A DNA stretch of 64,000 nt from Ostreococcus lucimarinus (lineage: Eukaryota), in the NCBI GenBank assembly GCA_000092065.1, contig CP000587.1, one strand, 5' to 3'. Of this stretch, positions 31,603 to 41,443 are shown in pieces. Within the stretch, counting starts at the first letter, position 1. Every line of letters begins with the position of its first letter. The notes under the pieces were generated by a model that saw nothing but the letters and a program-made list of their open reading frames with translations, had not been told where the DNA came from and made no database searches. Both the position numbers and the translations under genes were made by a program.

Positions 31603-33246
31603 CTATTTTTTCTCCTCCGCCTTGACCGACTCCTCGATCGAGCCGCTCCTGTCGTCGTGCATGCACCAATCCGGAATGAGCACGTAAATGAGCGGTATGG
31701 AGAAGAGTGGTAAGATGATACCGCATACGATCAACAAAGGGATGAGTTGGTCGAAGTTGCAGTGGCCGTGCACCAAGTCGGTGTGGATTCCCACAAACGT
31801 CATCGACGCCGACCCGAGCGTGAGCGCCACGCCCGAGGCGACGTTCACCACCCCGGCGAGCAGGGTGTACATCGTACACGATACTTCTTTGTCTACGATC
31901 TTCGACAGCACCGCATTCGCTGGCATGTACGTCAAAACATACGCGATTCCCTCGATGATGCCCTCGCCCATGACGTACGCGCTGCGATCGTCGATGCCCA
32001 TGGCGATGTTCCAGCGCAAGATGATCCATATATCCCCCAGCTTGGCGATCACCTTCGTGAGCGCGCACGCGAGAAATACGCTGCGTATTTTCGAACGACT
32101 CAAATATTTCTGAAAGAGCCAGATGCCGATCATTTGCGCCCCGAGGGAGAAAAGAAAGGTGGTGACGCTGTAAAACACGTAGCTAAAGTGCGGGCCATCG
32201 GGCACGCACTTGGCGCCTTCGGTGTACCAGTACGTCTTTGCCTGCCTCACGTTCACGCCGAGAACGCGATCGACGGCGACATAAATGAGTAAGCAAGCCT
32301 CATCCCGCTCCAAATGCGCGTACACGACTCCCGTCATGATGAGCAAGATGCCGAAACAAGTCGAGACGCAAAGCGCGAGATCCGTCTCAAACGCGTCTAC
32401 GAGTTGCATGCTGACCACCCCGACGGAAGCGAGGGTGATGGTAACGGTCACGACGAACACGTTCCAATACTTCTTCGCGAGCGCGTGCGCGTTGAAATCA
32501 CTCCCCACGCGCTCTTCCGGTAACAACCCGTACGCGGTGGTGAACGCAAACTGCGCCACGAAAGGCGTCACGAGCCAAAATATAAGCTTATAATCGCCTC
32601 GCGACAACCCGATGTACGCCAACAGCGTCCCGAAGATGCTCCCCACAGTAGCCACGGTCCAGCTATACGTCATTAAATCCCCACCGATCCGTTGCACCTC
32701 GGACATCGCCTCGAACACCCTCGCTCCCGCGAGCGAGTCCCCAAACGCCAACAGCATGTTCGTCGCCAACACAAATACTGTGTACCACGTCGCGTCGTCG
32801 GACGAGAACGTCTTCGTCGCAAGAACTATGATCGCAACTAGCCCCGTGACGGCGAACGTGGCGAGATAGTACCTCTTGCGATACCCAAATACCGGCGTCG
32901 TGTCCGTCACCATGCCCATGAATGGCTTCAACATCCAAGGAAAGCTCACGAGAACTTCGAAGCGCTGGAACGCCTGCGCGGAGAATTTCAGGTACCGCTG
33001 CGCGTACGGCAGCGAAGTGGTGCTGATCATGTGCTTCGCCGCGCCCTTGACGAAGAAATCGGCGGAGAACACGAACGCGAGGAGTTGCCAGCCGAACACC
33101 CCGCGCAGGCGCTCGTGAAAGGCGACGACGTCGGACAGCGGTGCGCACGACGCTCGCGCGCTCGCGGACGCCGCCGACGATGGATCATCGTCGTCGGCAC
33201 GTACACGCGCGCCGCGCGCGTCGTCGTCGCGCTTGGACGTCGCCAT
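31603..33246 (-). CDS. Folate-biopterin transporter (BT1/FBT) family protein, paralog 1
   Basis: ATG at 33246. FBT signature blocks are present (LPYAQRYLKFSAQAFQRFEVLVSFPWMLKPFMGMVTDTTPVFGYRKRYY) in a 12-TM topology. Confidence 0.7.
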   Translation of the reverse strand: MATSKRDDDARGARVRADDDDPSSAASASARASCAPLSDVVAFHERLRGVFGWQLLAFVFSADFFVKGAAKHMISTTSLPYAQRYLKFSAQAFQRFEVLVSFPWMLKPFMGMVTDTTPVFGYRKRYYLATFAVTGLVAIIVLATKTFSSDDATWYTVFVLATNMLLAFGDSLAGARVFEAMSEVQRIGGDLMTYSWTVATVGSIFGTLLAYIGLSRGDYKLIFWLVTPFVAQFAFTTAYGLLPEERVGSDFNAHALAKKYWNVFVVTVTITLASVGVVSMQLVDAFETDLALCVSTCFGILLIMTGVVYAHLERDEACLLIYVAVDRVLGVNVRQAKTYWYTEGAKCVPDGPHFSYVFYSVTTFLFSLGAQMIGIWLFQKYLSRSKIRSVFLACALTKVIAKLGDIWIILRWNIAMGIDDRSAYVMGEGIIEGIAYVLTYMPANAVLSKIVDKEVSCTMYTLLAGVVNVASGVALTLGSASMTFVGIHTDLVHGHCNFDQLIPLLIVCGIILPLFSIPLIYVLIPDWCMHDDRSGSIEESVKAEEKK

Positions 33247-33358
33247 CGCGCGTCGATGACTGCGGGCGCGATGGTGTTGGAGCGTCGGTCGACGCGCGGG
33301 CGCGGACTCTAGACTTGGTACGACTATCTAATGTTATCCATTAATCCGATCTATGTGT

Positions 33359-35059
33359 CTAAGTGGATTTCGCTAAGAGTGGTACGCGCTCGGTGGGCGC
33401 TTCGTTGGCGTCGTCGGCCGAGCTCGCGACGGCTTTACCCGTGTCCAGGTCGACGACGTCCTGCATATTAATGTTCGGGACGAAGACGAAGGTGAGGGGG
33501 ATGGAAACCAACGGAAGGAGCATGCCGCAGTAAAACACCAGGCTGGGTAAGCCTGAGAAGTCGCACGCACCGCCTTCGCCCGAGGTGAGGTCGGTTTTAA
33601 TCCCCGCTACGTCCATGGCGAAGACGCCGAGCGCGCTCGAGAGCGAGTAGCCGAGGTTGTTGAAGCTCGCCAAGATGGCAAACATCGTCGCCTCCATATT
33701 CTCTGGACACATCTTCGACATCAAAACCATGCTCGGCATGGATGCCATCATCCCAACCATCGGTTCCAACACGGTGTCGCCGATCAAGTAGAACGCCTTG
33801 TCCGATAATCCGACGCGAAGGTTCCAGCGCTTGACGATGCAGTAATCGGAGATGCTCGCCATGGAGCTCAAAATCGCCGACACCCAAAACGTCACTCGCA
33901 CGTTGGCGTTTGAAAAGAACACTTGAAATAAGTACACACCAATGGCGGTACAAATGCGCGCGATGATTGACGTGTACACGGAGAAAAAGAGATAATCAAA
34001 GTGCGGCCCGCCCGGGTTGCACTTTTCATCCACCGTGAACCAGTAACTCATCGCGCTTCCGAACGACACGCTCAGCACGCTGGTGAGAAACAGAAAGAAT
34101 GTGACGTTGGCGATGGATCTCGGCAACGCGACGTAAATCGACACGCTCAACACGAGGGTAATCCCGAACGAAATGGCTAAATCTACATACTTGTTCTCTG
34201 GCTGCAAAAATTGCACGACGCCGAGAAGCAAACACATCGACGCCATGAAAATCGACATCACGAACACCCTCCAGTTCTCGTTCCACAGCTCTTTCCCATA
34301 CACCTTCCTCGATCCACTCTCAGCCTCGTTTTCCGCGCGCTCGTCTCTTGGCACGACCTTTTCCTCCGGAAGCCATCCCGCGAGCGACGTGTACACCGCC
34401 TGCCCGCTCAGCGGCACCGCGATCCACATCAACGACCGATACGCCTCGTACTTGATGGAAAAAAAGCTACACGCCGTGGCGAAAACGGACCCAAACGTGA
34501 TGCACATCCACACGTAACTCACCATATCGCTCGACTTCGTCGGGTGCTCCCGCATGCGCTCGGTGTACTTGCCCTCCGTCAGCAAATCCGCCGTCGCCAC
34601 TTGAAAATTAATCGCCACCAAGCCGAGGACGTACCACGCCCCCATCCCCGGTTTGAATTCAACGACGGCCAAGTACACCAGCGCCGCGCATCCGAGCGCG
34701 CTGGAGATGGCGATGTAATATCGCTTGTGATACCCTCCGATTGGAAACAAATCCGAAATCATCCCCACGAGCGGTTTCACCGTCCACGGAAACATCGCCA
34801 CGATGCCGTATCGCTGCATCTCCTCCGCGGTGAACTTCAGGTACTTTTGCGAGTACGGCAGCGCCGCCGTGCTGACGAGCTGCATGAGCGCGCCCTTGAG
34901 TCCGAACGCGACGGAGAATATGAACACCAAAAGATTTCGTCCGTACGTCGCGCGAAGCGTGCGCAGCAGCGTCGCGGGATTACCGACGCCGCGCGCCGCG
35001 CGCGCCGTCGTCGACGGTTTCGCGTCGTCGTTTTCACCGCTCTCGCCCGGCGTCGCCAT
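33359..35059 (-). CDS. Folate-biopterin transporter (BT1/FBT) family protein, paralog 2 (tandem duplicate)
   Basis: ATG at 35059. The same blocks are present (LPYSQKYLKFTAEEMQRYGIVAMFPWTVKPLVGMISDLFPIGGYHKRYY). It sits head-to-tail with paralog 1. Confidence 0.7.
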   Translation of the reverse strand: MATPGESGENDDAKPSTTARAARGVGNPATLLRTLRATYGRNLLVFIFSVAFGLKGALMQLVSTAALPYSQKYLKFTAEEMQRYGIVAMFPWTVKPLVGMISDLFPIGGYHKRYYIAISSALGCAALVYLAVVEFKPGMGAWYVLGLVAINFQVATADLLTEGKYTERMREHPTKSSDMVSYVWMCITFGSVFATACSFFSIKYEAYRSLMWIAVPLSGQAVYTSLAGWLPEEKVVPRDERAENEAESGSRKVYGKELWNENWRVFVMSIFMASMCLLLGVVQFLQPENKYVDLAISFGITLVLSVSIYVALPRSIANVTFFLFLTSVLSVSFGSAMSYWFTVDEKCNPGGPHFDYLFFSVYTSIIARICTAIGVYLFQVFFSNANVRVTFWVSAILSSMASISDYCIVKRWNLRVGLSDKAFYLIGDTVLEPMVGMMASMPSMVLMSKMCPENMEATMFAILASFNNLGYSLSSALGVFAMDVAGIKTDLTSGEGGACDFSGLPSLVFYCGMLLPLVSIPLTFVFVPNINMQDVVDLDTGKAVASSADDANEAPTERVPLLAKST

Positions 35060-35264
35060 GACGACCGCGCGCGGCGAGCGCGTCCCGATGTGATGACGCC
35101 CGCGTGCGGGGTGTTGCGCGCGCGCTTCGCGCGCCGAGTCGAGGTCGACGGCGAGAAGGCACGATTCGGCGCGGCGCGATTCGACGCGGCGCGGTGTTGA
35201 TGATAAAACTACGTCGCGCGAACGTTCGCGCGAGGACGCGACGGCGCCGTCGCGCCGGACTAGA

Positions 35265-36023
35265 CTAGACGGTGAAGAAGAGCCGCGCCAAGCCGCGCAG
35301 GTAGTCGACGATTTCGCTCGCCCCGAGCTTGCTCTCGCCGTACACGCGATCGACGAACGCGATCGGGACCTCGCCCACGGTGTACCCCGCCTTCTTCGCC
35401 CTGTATATGATCTCCATCTGAAACGCGTACCCCCGCGACGTCGACCGCGCGACCAAATCCTCGAACGCGTCTCGTCGATAGCACCGAAAGCTCCCCGTCA
35501 AGTCGCTCGCGCCCGGATTCAGCGCCGCCTTGGCGATGTAATTCGCCACCATCGACGTCAACTTTCGCCTTAAATCCCACCCGCACACCCCCCCCCCGAG
35601 CGCGTACCGCGTCCCGCTCACGACGTCCAACTTTTCTCTTCGCCTCTTCGTCAACATCTCGGAAATGTACTTTGGATGATGGCTCAAATCCGCATCCATG
35701 ACGACCACCTCGCGTCCTCGCGCGCGTCGCAGCCCGTGCGCGTACGCCGTCCCGAGCCCTAATTTCCGCCCCCGTTCGCACAGCACCAAAAACGCGTCCT
35801 CGTGCGCGTCTCGCAGCGCGCGCACGACGTCCGCCGTCCCATCCGGCGACCCATCGTCGACGACGACGATCTCCCATCGCCCGCGGTCGTCGTCGAACGC
35901 GGCCTCGGCTTCGCGCGCGAGGTGGTACAGCGTCGCGATGTTCATGCGCTCGTCGTACGTCGGGACGATGATGGACACGGCGACGGCGTCGGCGCGGGGT
36001 CGCGTCGTCGTCGAGCGCGCCAT
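35265..36023 (-). CDS. DPM1: Dolichol-phosphate mannosyltransferase catalytic subunit (DPM1, GT2)
   Basis: Motifs: VSIIVPTYDERMNI, VVVMDADLSHHPKYI, SGTRY, SDLTGSFRCYRR. The ORF start at 36140 is GTG. ATGs occur at 36080, 36074 and 36023; I chose 36023 (MARSTTTRPR...) on size grounds, about 252 aa. Confidence 0.75.
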   Translation of the reverse strand: MARSTTTRPRADAVAVSIIVPTYDERMNIATLYHLAREAEAAFDDDRGRWEIVVVDDGSPDGTADVVRALRDAHEDAFLVLCERGRKLGLGTAYAHGLRRARGREVVVMDADLSHHPKYISEMLTKRRREKLDVVSGTRYALGGGVCGWDLRRKLTSMVANYIAKAALNPGASDLTGSFRCYRRDAFEDLVARSTSRGYAFQMEIIYRAKKAGYTVGEVPIAFVDRVYGESKLGASEIVDYLRGLARLFFTV

Positions 36024-36105
36024 CGGTGTATCGTCGACGCGTCGACGCGTCGTGGATTCATCATTTCGCGTCATCAGCATCCGTCCCGGGCAGTCACGGG
36101 GAGTG

Positions 36106-36119
36106 TAGGGTTTAGGGTT
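36106..36119 (-). promoter_or_regulatory. Interstitial telomere-like / telo-box motif (AAACCCTAAACCCTA on the minus strand) in the DPM1 / BRCT-PB1 intergenic region
   Basis: The plus strand reads tagggtttagggtt, about 30 to 90 bp upstream of the candidate DPM1 ATGs. This is the plant telo-box core AAACCCTA. Confidence 0.5.
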
Positions 36120-36337
36120 GACGCGCGCGGGTGTTTTCACACGCCACCAGATGCGTGTTTCGCGCTAAGTAGTTTGGGTCCGCTTTAGTGGTATTTGGAT
36201 CCGTTATAGTGCCATCTTGGGTCCGCCCTCAGTGGTCGTCCGCGACTCCCGCGCAGGGGACGGAGCGCGCGGGACGTTCGACGCACGCAATGGCCGCGGG
36301 ACGTTGACGCATTCATTCGCGCGCGCGTCACACCGCG

Positions 36338-38455
36338 ATGGTGGCGCTGCCGCCGAGACCGACGTTCAGCGACGACGCGACGTCGGACGACGTCACCTCG
36401 AGCGACGCGTCGAGCGCTGAACGTCGAGCGGACGCGAACGCGCGCGAGACGGCGACGCGCGACGACGCGACGTCGCGGGACGACGACGTCGCGAGACGCG
36501 GGACGCGCGACGCGCGAGGGCGACGAGGACGTGCGGGACGAACGAGGGAAGAGGCGAGCGACGACGACGACGCGAACGACGGGGCGTCGTACTGGGCGAA
36601 CGCGCGAATCGCGGTGACGGAGTACGCGAGAGAGGATGCGATTGAAATCGCGCGAGAATTGCGCGCGCTGGGGGCGACGGCGACGGAACGGTACGACGAG
36701 GCGTGCACGCACGTGGTGACGCCGTTTCAGCGAGGCGAGGGGTACGAGCGCGGGATGATGGACGGGAAAATCGTCGTGTCGTACGCGTGGATCGAGGATT
36801 GCGCGACGCAAAAGAAGATTGTGGACCGAGACGCCAAGGCGCTGTACGCGCCGCTGCGAAGCGCCGAAGGCGTGGACGGATTCGGGACGCTGTGCGTCGT
36901 CGTGGACGGGTACGAAGGGCAGGAGAAGTTAGATATCGTGGAACTGATCGAAGCCGCGGGGGGGAGGGCGGACGAGGACGTGAGCGCGCAGACGACGCAC
37001 TTGGTGTGCCGTCGCGCGGGGTCGCCGGCGTACGCGCAAGCCGTGCTCGCGGGACGCGCGCGAGTCGTCAATCACGTCTGGGTGGAGGATTGCATTCGGC
37101 AGTGGACGCTGTTGCCGACGCGCGCGGGCGATCGGTACACCAAGCCCGGGGTGGAGATCGATTACGAGCTCGCGCTCGAGCGCGAGCGACGCGCGCGCGC
37201 CGAGGCGGAACGCGAGCTCGACGAGGAGGAGCGTCGAACGCAGAGCTTGCAAGAGCTGCTCGACGCCGAGGAGCGCGAGCGAGACGATTTGCAGCGACAG
37301 TTGGACGACAGCGAGTCGCAGCGCATGGCGCTTCGCGAGATGCTCGAGGGCGAGGCGGACAATCGCGAGGGCGTGTACGAACAATTTCTTCGTCAACGCG
37401 GCGACGTCGAAGAGTTGCAAAAGCTGCTGCGTCAATCCGAGGCGAGCCGGGCGGAGCAAGAGTCGCGAATCGTGCAGGGCGAGGAAGAAAGACGCTCGTT
37501 GCTTCGCCAACTCGAGCAAACGCGCGGGTTGCAGACGAATTTACAAACGCAATTCACGCACTCGCGTCAAGACTTGCTCACGCAGCTCGAACAACGCTTG
37601 CAACAAATCGAAGAGACGCGCTCGGAGCTCGCCGAGGAGCGCCGCGCGCACGCCGAGACGCGACAATTGTTGGAAGACGAACGCAAGGTGCAATTCACCG
37701 CGCACGAAAAGATTCGAGTCGCGGAGAAGGAGGCGAAGCAGGCGCGGGATCAGCTCAACGGCGAAGCGCGCGAAAAGACGGCGTTGCAAAAGCAATTGGA
37801 CGCCGAGCGTAAATCTCGTTTGCACATTCTCAGCGACTTTGACAACGAGCGCAAGCAACGCGAGCACTTGATTAAGCAGCTCGAGGCCGAGCAAAAGCTT
37901 CGTCAAAGTTTACAACAAGCCGTGAGCGCAAAGGAAGAGTTGCGCGTGCGCGCCGAGGAAGAGATTCAACGCCTCAACGAAGACATTCAAGAGATGATGG
38001 ACGAAATCGATCGCCTGAAGACGTTTGAACCGCCCGAGGTGGACGAAACGGAAAAGATTCAAGTGAAACTCTTCTTGGACGAGGACATTCGATTCCTCGA
38101 GCTCGAACGAGACGTGTCGTTCGAAGAGCTCGTCATCGCCGTGGGCAAGGTGTTCATCGAGTCGTACTCGATCAAGTTTGAAGACGCAGACAAGCACCAC
38201 ATCACGCTGCGATCGACGGACGACGTGCGCATCGCGTGTCGTCAACACGAAAAATCAGAAGCCTCGTATTTAAAGCTTCTTTTGGACAGAGCGATCAAAG
38301 AAAAGGGAGGCTTGTTCTCGATGCGTCGTAAAAAGTCACAGAGTCTCGGCGGCGACGCCGACGCGAAAAAGAAGGGCGGCTTGATGGATAAAATCTTGTT
38401 CTTCCGCAAGTCGAAAAAGTCGGGCGACGACGACGACGACGACGACGACGCGTGA
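36338..38455 (+). CDS. Tandem-BRCT, coiled-coil, PB1 domain protein
   Basis: ATG at 36338. There are two BRCT-like units (…VVSYAWIEDC and …VVNHVWVEDC), a roughly 250-aa E/R/Q-rich coiled coil, a C-terminal PB1-like fold (IQVKLFLDEDIRFLELERDVSFEELVIAVGKVFIESYSIKFEDADKHHITL) and a poly-D tail. Confidence 0.55.
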   Translation: MVALPPRPTFSDDATSDDVTSSDASSAERRADANARETATRDDATSRDDDVARRGTRDARGRRGRAGRTREEASDDDDANDGASYWANARIAVTEYAREDAIEIARELRALGATATERYDEACTHVVTPFQRGEGYERGMMDGKIVVSYAWIEDCATQKKIVDRDAKALYAPLRSAEGVDGFGTLCVVVDGYEGQEKLDIVELIEAAGGRADEDVSAQTTHLVCRRAGSPAYAQAVLAGRARVVNHVWVEDCIRQWTLLPTRAGDRYTKPGVEIDYELALERERRARAEAERELDEEERRTQSLQELLDAEERERDDLQRQLDDSESQRMALREMLEGEADNREGVYEQFLRQRGDVEELQKLLRQSEASRAEQESRIVQGEEERRSLLRQLEQTRGLQTNLQTQFTHSRQDLLTQLEQRLQQIEETRSELAEERRAHAETRQLLEDERKVQFTAHEKIRVAEKEAKQARDQLNGEAREKTALQKQLDAERKSRLHILSDFDNERKQREHLIKQLEAEQKLRQSLQQAVSAKEELRVRAEEEIQRLNEDIQEMMDEIDRLKTFEPPEVDETEKIQVKLFLDEDIRFLELERDVSFEELVIAVGKVFIESYSIKFEDADKHHITLRSTDDVRIACRQHEKSEASYLKLLLDRAIKEKGGLFSMRRKKSQSLGGDADAKKKGGLMDKILFFRKSKKSGDDDDDDDDA

Positions 38456-38579
38456 GGACGCAGACGCGTCGTCTCGCTTGTAACAACCAATCGAATTGAA
38501 TCAACATCTTCGTAGAATTTCAAACAAAAGGACACCGCGCGTTATCAATCGGTATCAAACAATTACAGTCTCAAACAAT

Positions 38580-39419
38580 CTACCACGCCTTGCGAGCGTT
38601 TCTGGCTAAAAAGTCGTCGTCTTTATCGTCCGCGGGATCGGCGGAGGACGTGAAGAGCGACGCGTACACCGCGGCGTCGGCATTTTTTGGCGCCTGAGCG
38701 ACAAACTTTTTACGCTTTGCGGCGTTTTCGCCGGCGTCGCCGCGCGTCGCGTCCGACTTGCCTCTTTTCGCCTTCTTCTTGCTGTCTTTCTTCGCTTTCT
38801 CTTCGTCTAAAATAGCCTTCAAAAGCTCGAGCTCTTCGCCACGAGGATTCACGGGAATGGGCGGCGGCGCGTCGGCGAGTTTCAATCCGTCGTTCATTTC
38901 CTCCACCGCCGCCTTGGCCTCGCGAAGCGCTTTGTCCGCGACGACCACGCCGCTCGGACGCATGACGACGAATTTCGTCTTCCCGTTGAAATCTAGCCCC
39001 GTGATCGGGCACGCGAACACCGCTTCGGCGTTGCCGCATCGAAAGTTTCTCGCGTTCACCGACGACGACTCAACCTTGGACGACTTGTCCGCGCGCCGCT
39101 TCTCAAATTTGCACGTCACGAGCGCCTTCATCCCGGTGATGTGCTCGATGCGTTTCGGCAGCGCGACGCCGTCGATGGCTTTATCGCGCAACGCCTTCAG
39201 CACGGGCTCTTTGTTATACAGCGCCCCGACGCGATCGACGACGACGCCGTTTTCCCCGCTCTCGAGCGGTTCCTCCGTCAACGCGCACGTGAACCATCGC
39301 GCCAAATCCTCCTCCGCCTCGTCCCTATCGCGCACGGTACTTTGCGCGGAATACCGCACGAACCCGCCGAGACTTTCCTTCTTCCGACTGAACGTCGTCC
39401 CCCCGTTCCACGCGTACAT
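38580..39419 (-). CDS. Rtf2 (replication termination factor 2, RING-like DUF602) homolog
   Basis: Motifs: FTCALTEEPLE...VVDRVGALYNKEPVLKAL, FACPITGLDFNGKTKFVVMRPSGVVVADKALRE, VYASLFTSS. I chose ATG 39419 (MYAWNGGTTFSRKKE, which matches the conserved N-terminus MGxDGGTIPKRHE). The ORF extends in frame to ATG 39869. Confidence 0.75.
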   Translation of the reverse strand: MYAWNGGTTFSRKKESLGGFVRYSAQSTVRDRDEAEEDLARWFTCALTEEPLESGENGVVVDRVGALYNKEPVLKALRDKAIDGVALPKRIEHITGMKALVTCKFEKRRADKSSKVESSSVNARNFRCGNAEAVFACPITGLDFNGKTKFVVMRPSGVVVADKALREAKAAVEEMNDGLKLADAPPPIPVNPRGEELELLKAILDEEKAKKDSKKKAKRGKSDATRGDAGENAAKRKKFVAQAPKNADAAVYASLFTSSADPADDKDDDFLARNARKAW

Positions 39420-39978
39420 CTCCAAATACGCCGAACGCGACTCCGCGCCCGTGGCGCCGCCGTCGCCGCCCCCCCCCAGCAATCCCAGCGTCATCGCCCG
39501 TCCGTCCCCCCCGCGTCGCCGAACGATCTCGTACACATCGCTCGCGCCCCTCGACGTCGCGTCGGCGTCGATCACGTCGTCGTCCGCGTACTCCGCGCGC
39601 GCCGCCGTCTCGCCCGGCCGCCGCCGCCGCGTCAGCGCCAATCCTCGCACGTCCTCGCGCTCGCTCGCGCGCAGCGCCCGCGCCAGCACCTCGCGCGCCG
39701 TCGTCGCGTTCGGCACGACGTCCACGCCTCGAGCGCGCCCCGTCGCGGACGCGCGCGCGTCGCGAACGAAGATTTGTTTCGCGCGCGTCCCGACGTCCGT
39801 GGAACTTTTCGTCCCGTCTTCACCGCTCGCGCGCGCCGTCGCGCGCGCGCGCCGCGCGTCGACGCGCATCGTAGGTTCTCGCGTTCGCGCGCGCGTCGCG
39901 CGTCGCTCGACGGTCGACGCGTCGCGACGTGCGGCGACGCGCGTTCGTCACTCGTCGCCGCGCCGAAAAGTTTGCGTC

Positions 39979-41424
39979 ATGGACGACGACCTCGTCGCCG
40001 CGTTCAGCGCGAACCTGCTGAGCAAATCGTACGTGAACCAGGGCGCGCAGAGCCTGCGGGCGCACGACAAGGTGTTCGCCAGGTTGCTCGCGAATCGACG
40101 GATGCTCGGCAGAGGATTGAACGACGTCGCGATTGAATTCTTGGTGCACAAACTGAGCGTGATGGATTCGAATAATTTTATCGATAACGTCGGCGTGGGC
40201 GAGCGAGAGGGACGAGTGTTCAGCGACATGGTGCGACGACGGTGCTACTCGATGACGCACGGGATCGGGCGGTCGGGAGACATCACGGCGGAACAGCCAA
40301 AGGCGTGCGGGAGCTCGGCGGCGCACGCGTTGGCGCAGTGCATGGCGAGAGACGCGTTGAGATTGGCGGGAATGCGAGACCTGGGGAAGCGCGCGTTGGT
40401 GCTGCCGCTCGCGACTGGGATGACGCTGACGTTGGTGCTCAGCTCGTTGCGGTTGATGGTTAGAAATAGCGCGGATGGGGGGGTTGACGCGGCGGCGCCG
40501 AACGTCGTGATTTGGTGTCGCTTGGATCAAAAGACGTGCGTCAAGGCGGCTACGTGCGCCGGTCTCGAGATCGTCGTCATCGAGCCCGTGTTGAACGGTG
40601 ATCAATTAGATACGAACGTGCACGCGATCGAGCGCGCGATCGAGGACGTCGGTGTCGACCGACTCGTGGCTGTGGTGACGAGCACGAGTTGTTTCGCGCC
40701 GCGCGCGTGCGACGACGTCGAGACGGTGGCCAAGTTGTGCGAAAAGAAGAACGTCGCACACGTCATCAATAACGCCTACGGCGTGCAGAGTAGGGTGTTA
40801 TGCGAGCGTGTGAGCAAGGCGTGGACCGTCGGGCGCGTCGACGCGGTGGTGCAGTCGACGGATAAAAACTTCATGGTGCCCGTGGGCGGCGCCGTCGTGT
40901 GTTGCGGCAAGCGAAACGAGGCGTTGGTGGAAGCTGTGGCGCGCAACTACCCCGGACGTGCCTCGGCGTCGGCTAGCATGGATATGTTCATCACGCTGCT
41001 ATCCATGGGAGAGGAGCATTGGTTGCGTCTGCTCGACGAGCGAGAAAAGTTGTACGATTACATGCACGCAGAGCTGAGCAAAGTCGCCGAAGAGGAGGGC
41101 GAACGAATGTTGCGCACGCCCGGAAATCCCATATCGATGGCGATGACGCTTTCATGCGCTCGAGGCATTTCTCCGACTATGTTCGGCTCTATGCTGTTCT
41201 CGCGATGCGTCTCGGGCACGCGCGTCGTGGCGCCTGGAGAAGTCAAAACCGTCGGCGGCATCGAGTTTCACGGCTTCGGCGCGTCGCATTCGGCGTACCC
41301 GGAGACGTACTTTACCGCGGCCGCGGCGATCGGGACCACGCGCGCCGACGTCGATCGCTTCGCGTCAGTCTTGCGCAAGACTTTCAAGGATTTCAAGAAA
41401 AAGTCTCAGCCAGCTGCCGCATAG
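39979..41424 (+). CDS. SEPSECS: O-phosphoseryl-tRNA(Sec) selenium transferase (SepSecS)
   Basis: Strong family blocks: MDSNNFIDNVGVGEREGRV, HGIGRSGDITAEQPKACGSS, TSTSCFAPR, INNAYGVQS, QSTDKNFMVPVGGA, YPGRASASASMD, MLFSRCVSGTRVV. Start at ATG 39979 (MDDDLVAAF). The ORF upstream to 38758 is antisense of Rtf2. Confidence 0.9.
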   Translation: MDDDLVAAFSANLLSKSYVNQGAQSLRAHDKVFARLLANRRMLGRGLNDVAIEFLVHKLSVMDSNNFIDNVGVGEREGRVFSDMVRRRCYSMTHGIGRSGDITAEQPKACGSSAAHALAQCMARDALRLAGMRDLGKRALVLPLATGMTLTLVLSSLRLMVRNSADGGVDAAAPNVVIWCRLDQKTCVKAATCAGLEIVVIEPVLNGDQLDTNVHAIERAIEDVGVDRLVAVVTSTSCFAPRACDDVETVAKLCEKKNVAHVINNAYGVQSRVLCERVSKAWTVGRVDAVVQSTDKNFMVPVGGAVVCCGKRNEALVEAVARNYPGRASASASMDMFITLLSMGEEHWLRLLDEREKLYDYMHAELSKVAEEEGERMLRTPGNPISMAMTLSCARGISPTMFGSMLFSRCVSGTRVVAPGEVKTVGGIEFHGFGASHSAYPETYFTAAAAIGTTRADVDRFASVLRKTFKDFKKKSQPAAA

Positions 41425-41443
41425 ATTCTAGAATTTGCTATTT

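Noticed and set aside
38758-39978. N-terminal 400 aa of the 888-aa plus-strand ORF that ends in SepSecS.
   Set aside because: This part is antisense to Rtf2 and shows no SepSecS similarity. SepSecS homology begins at the internal ATG 39979.
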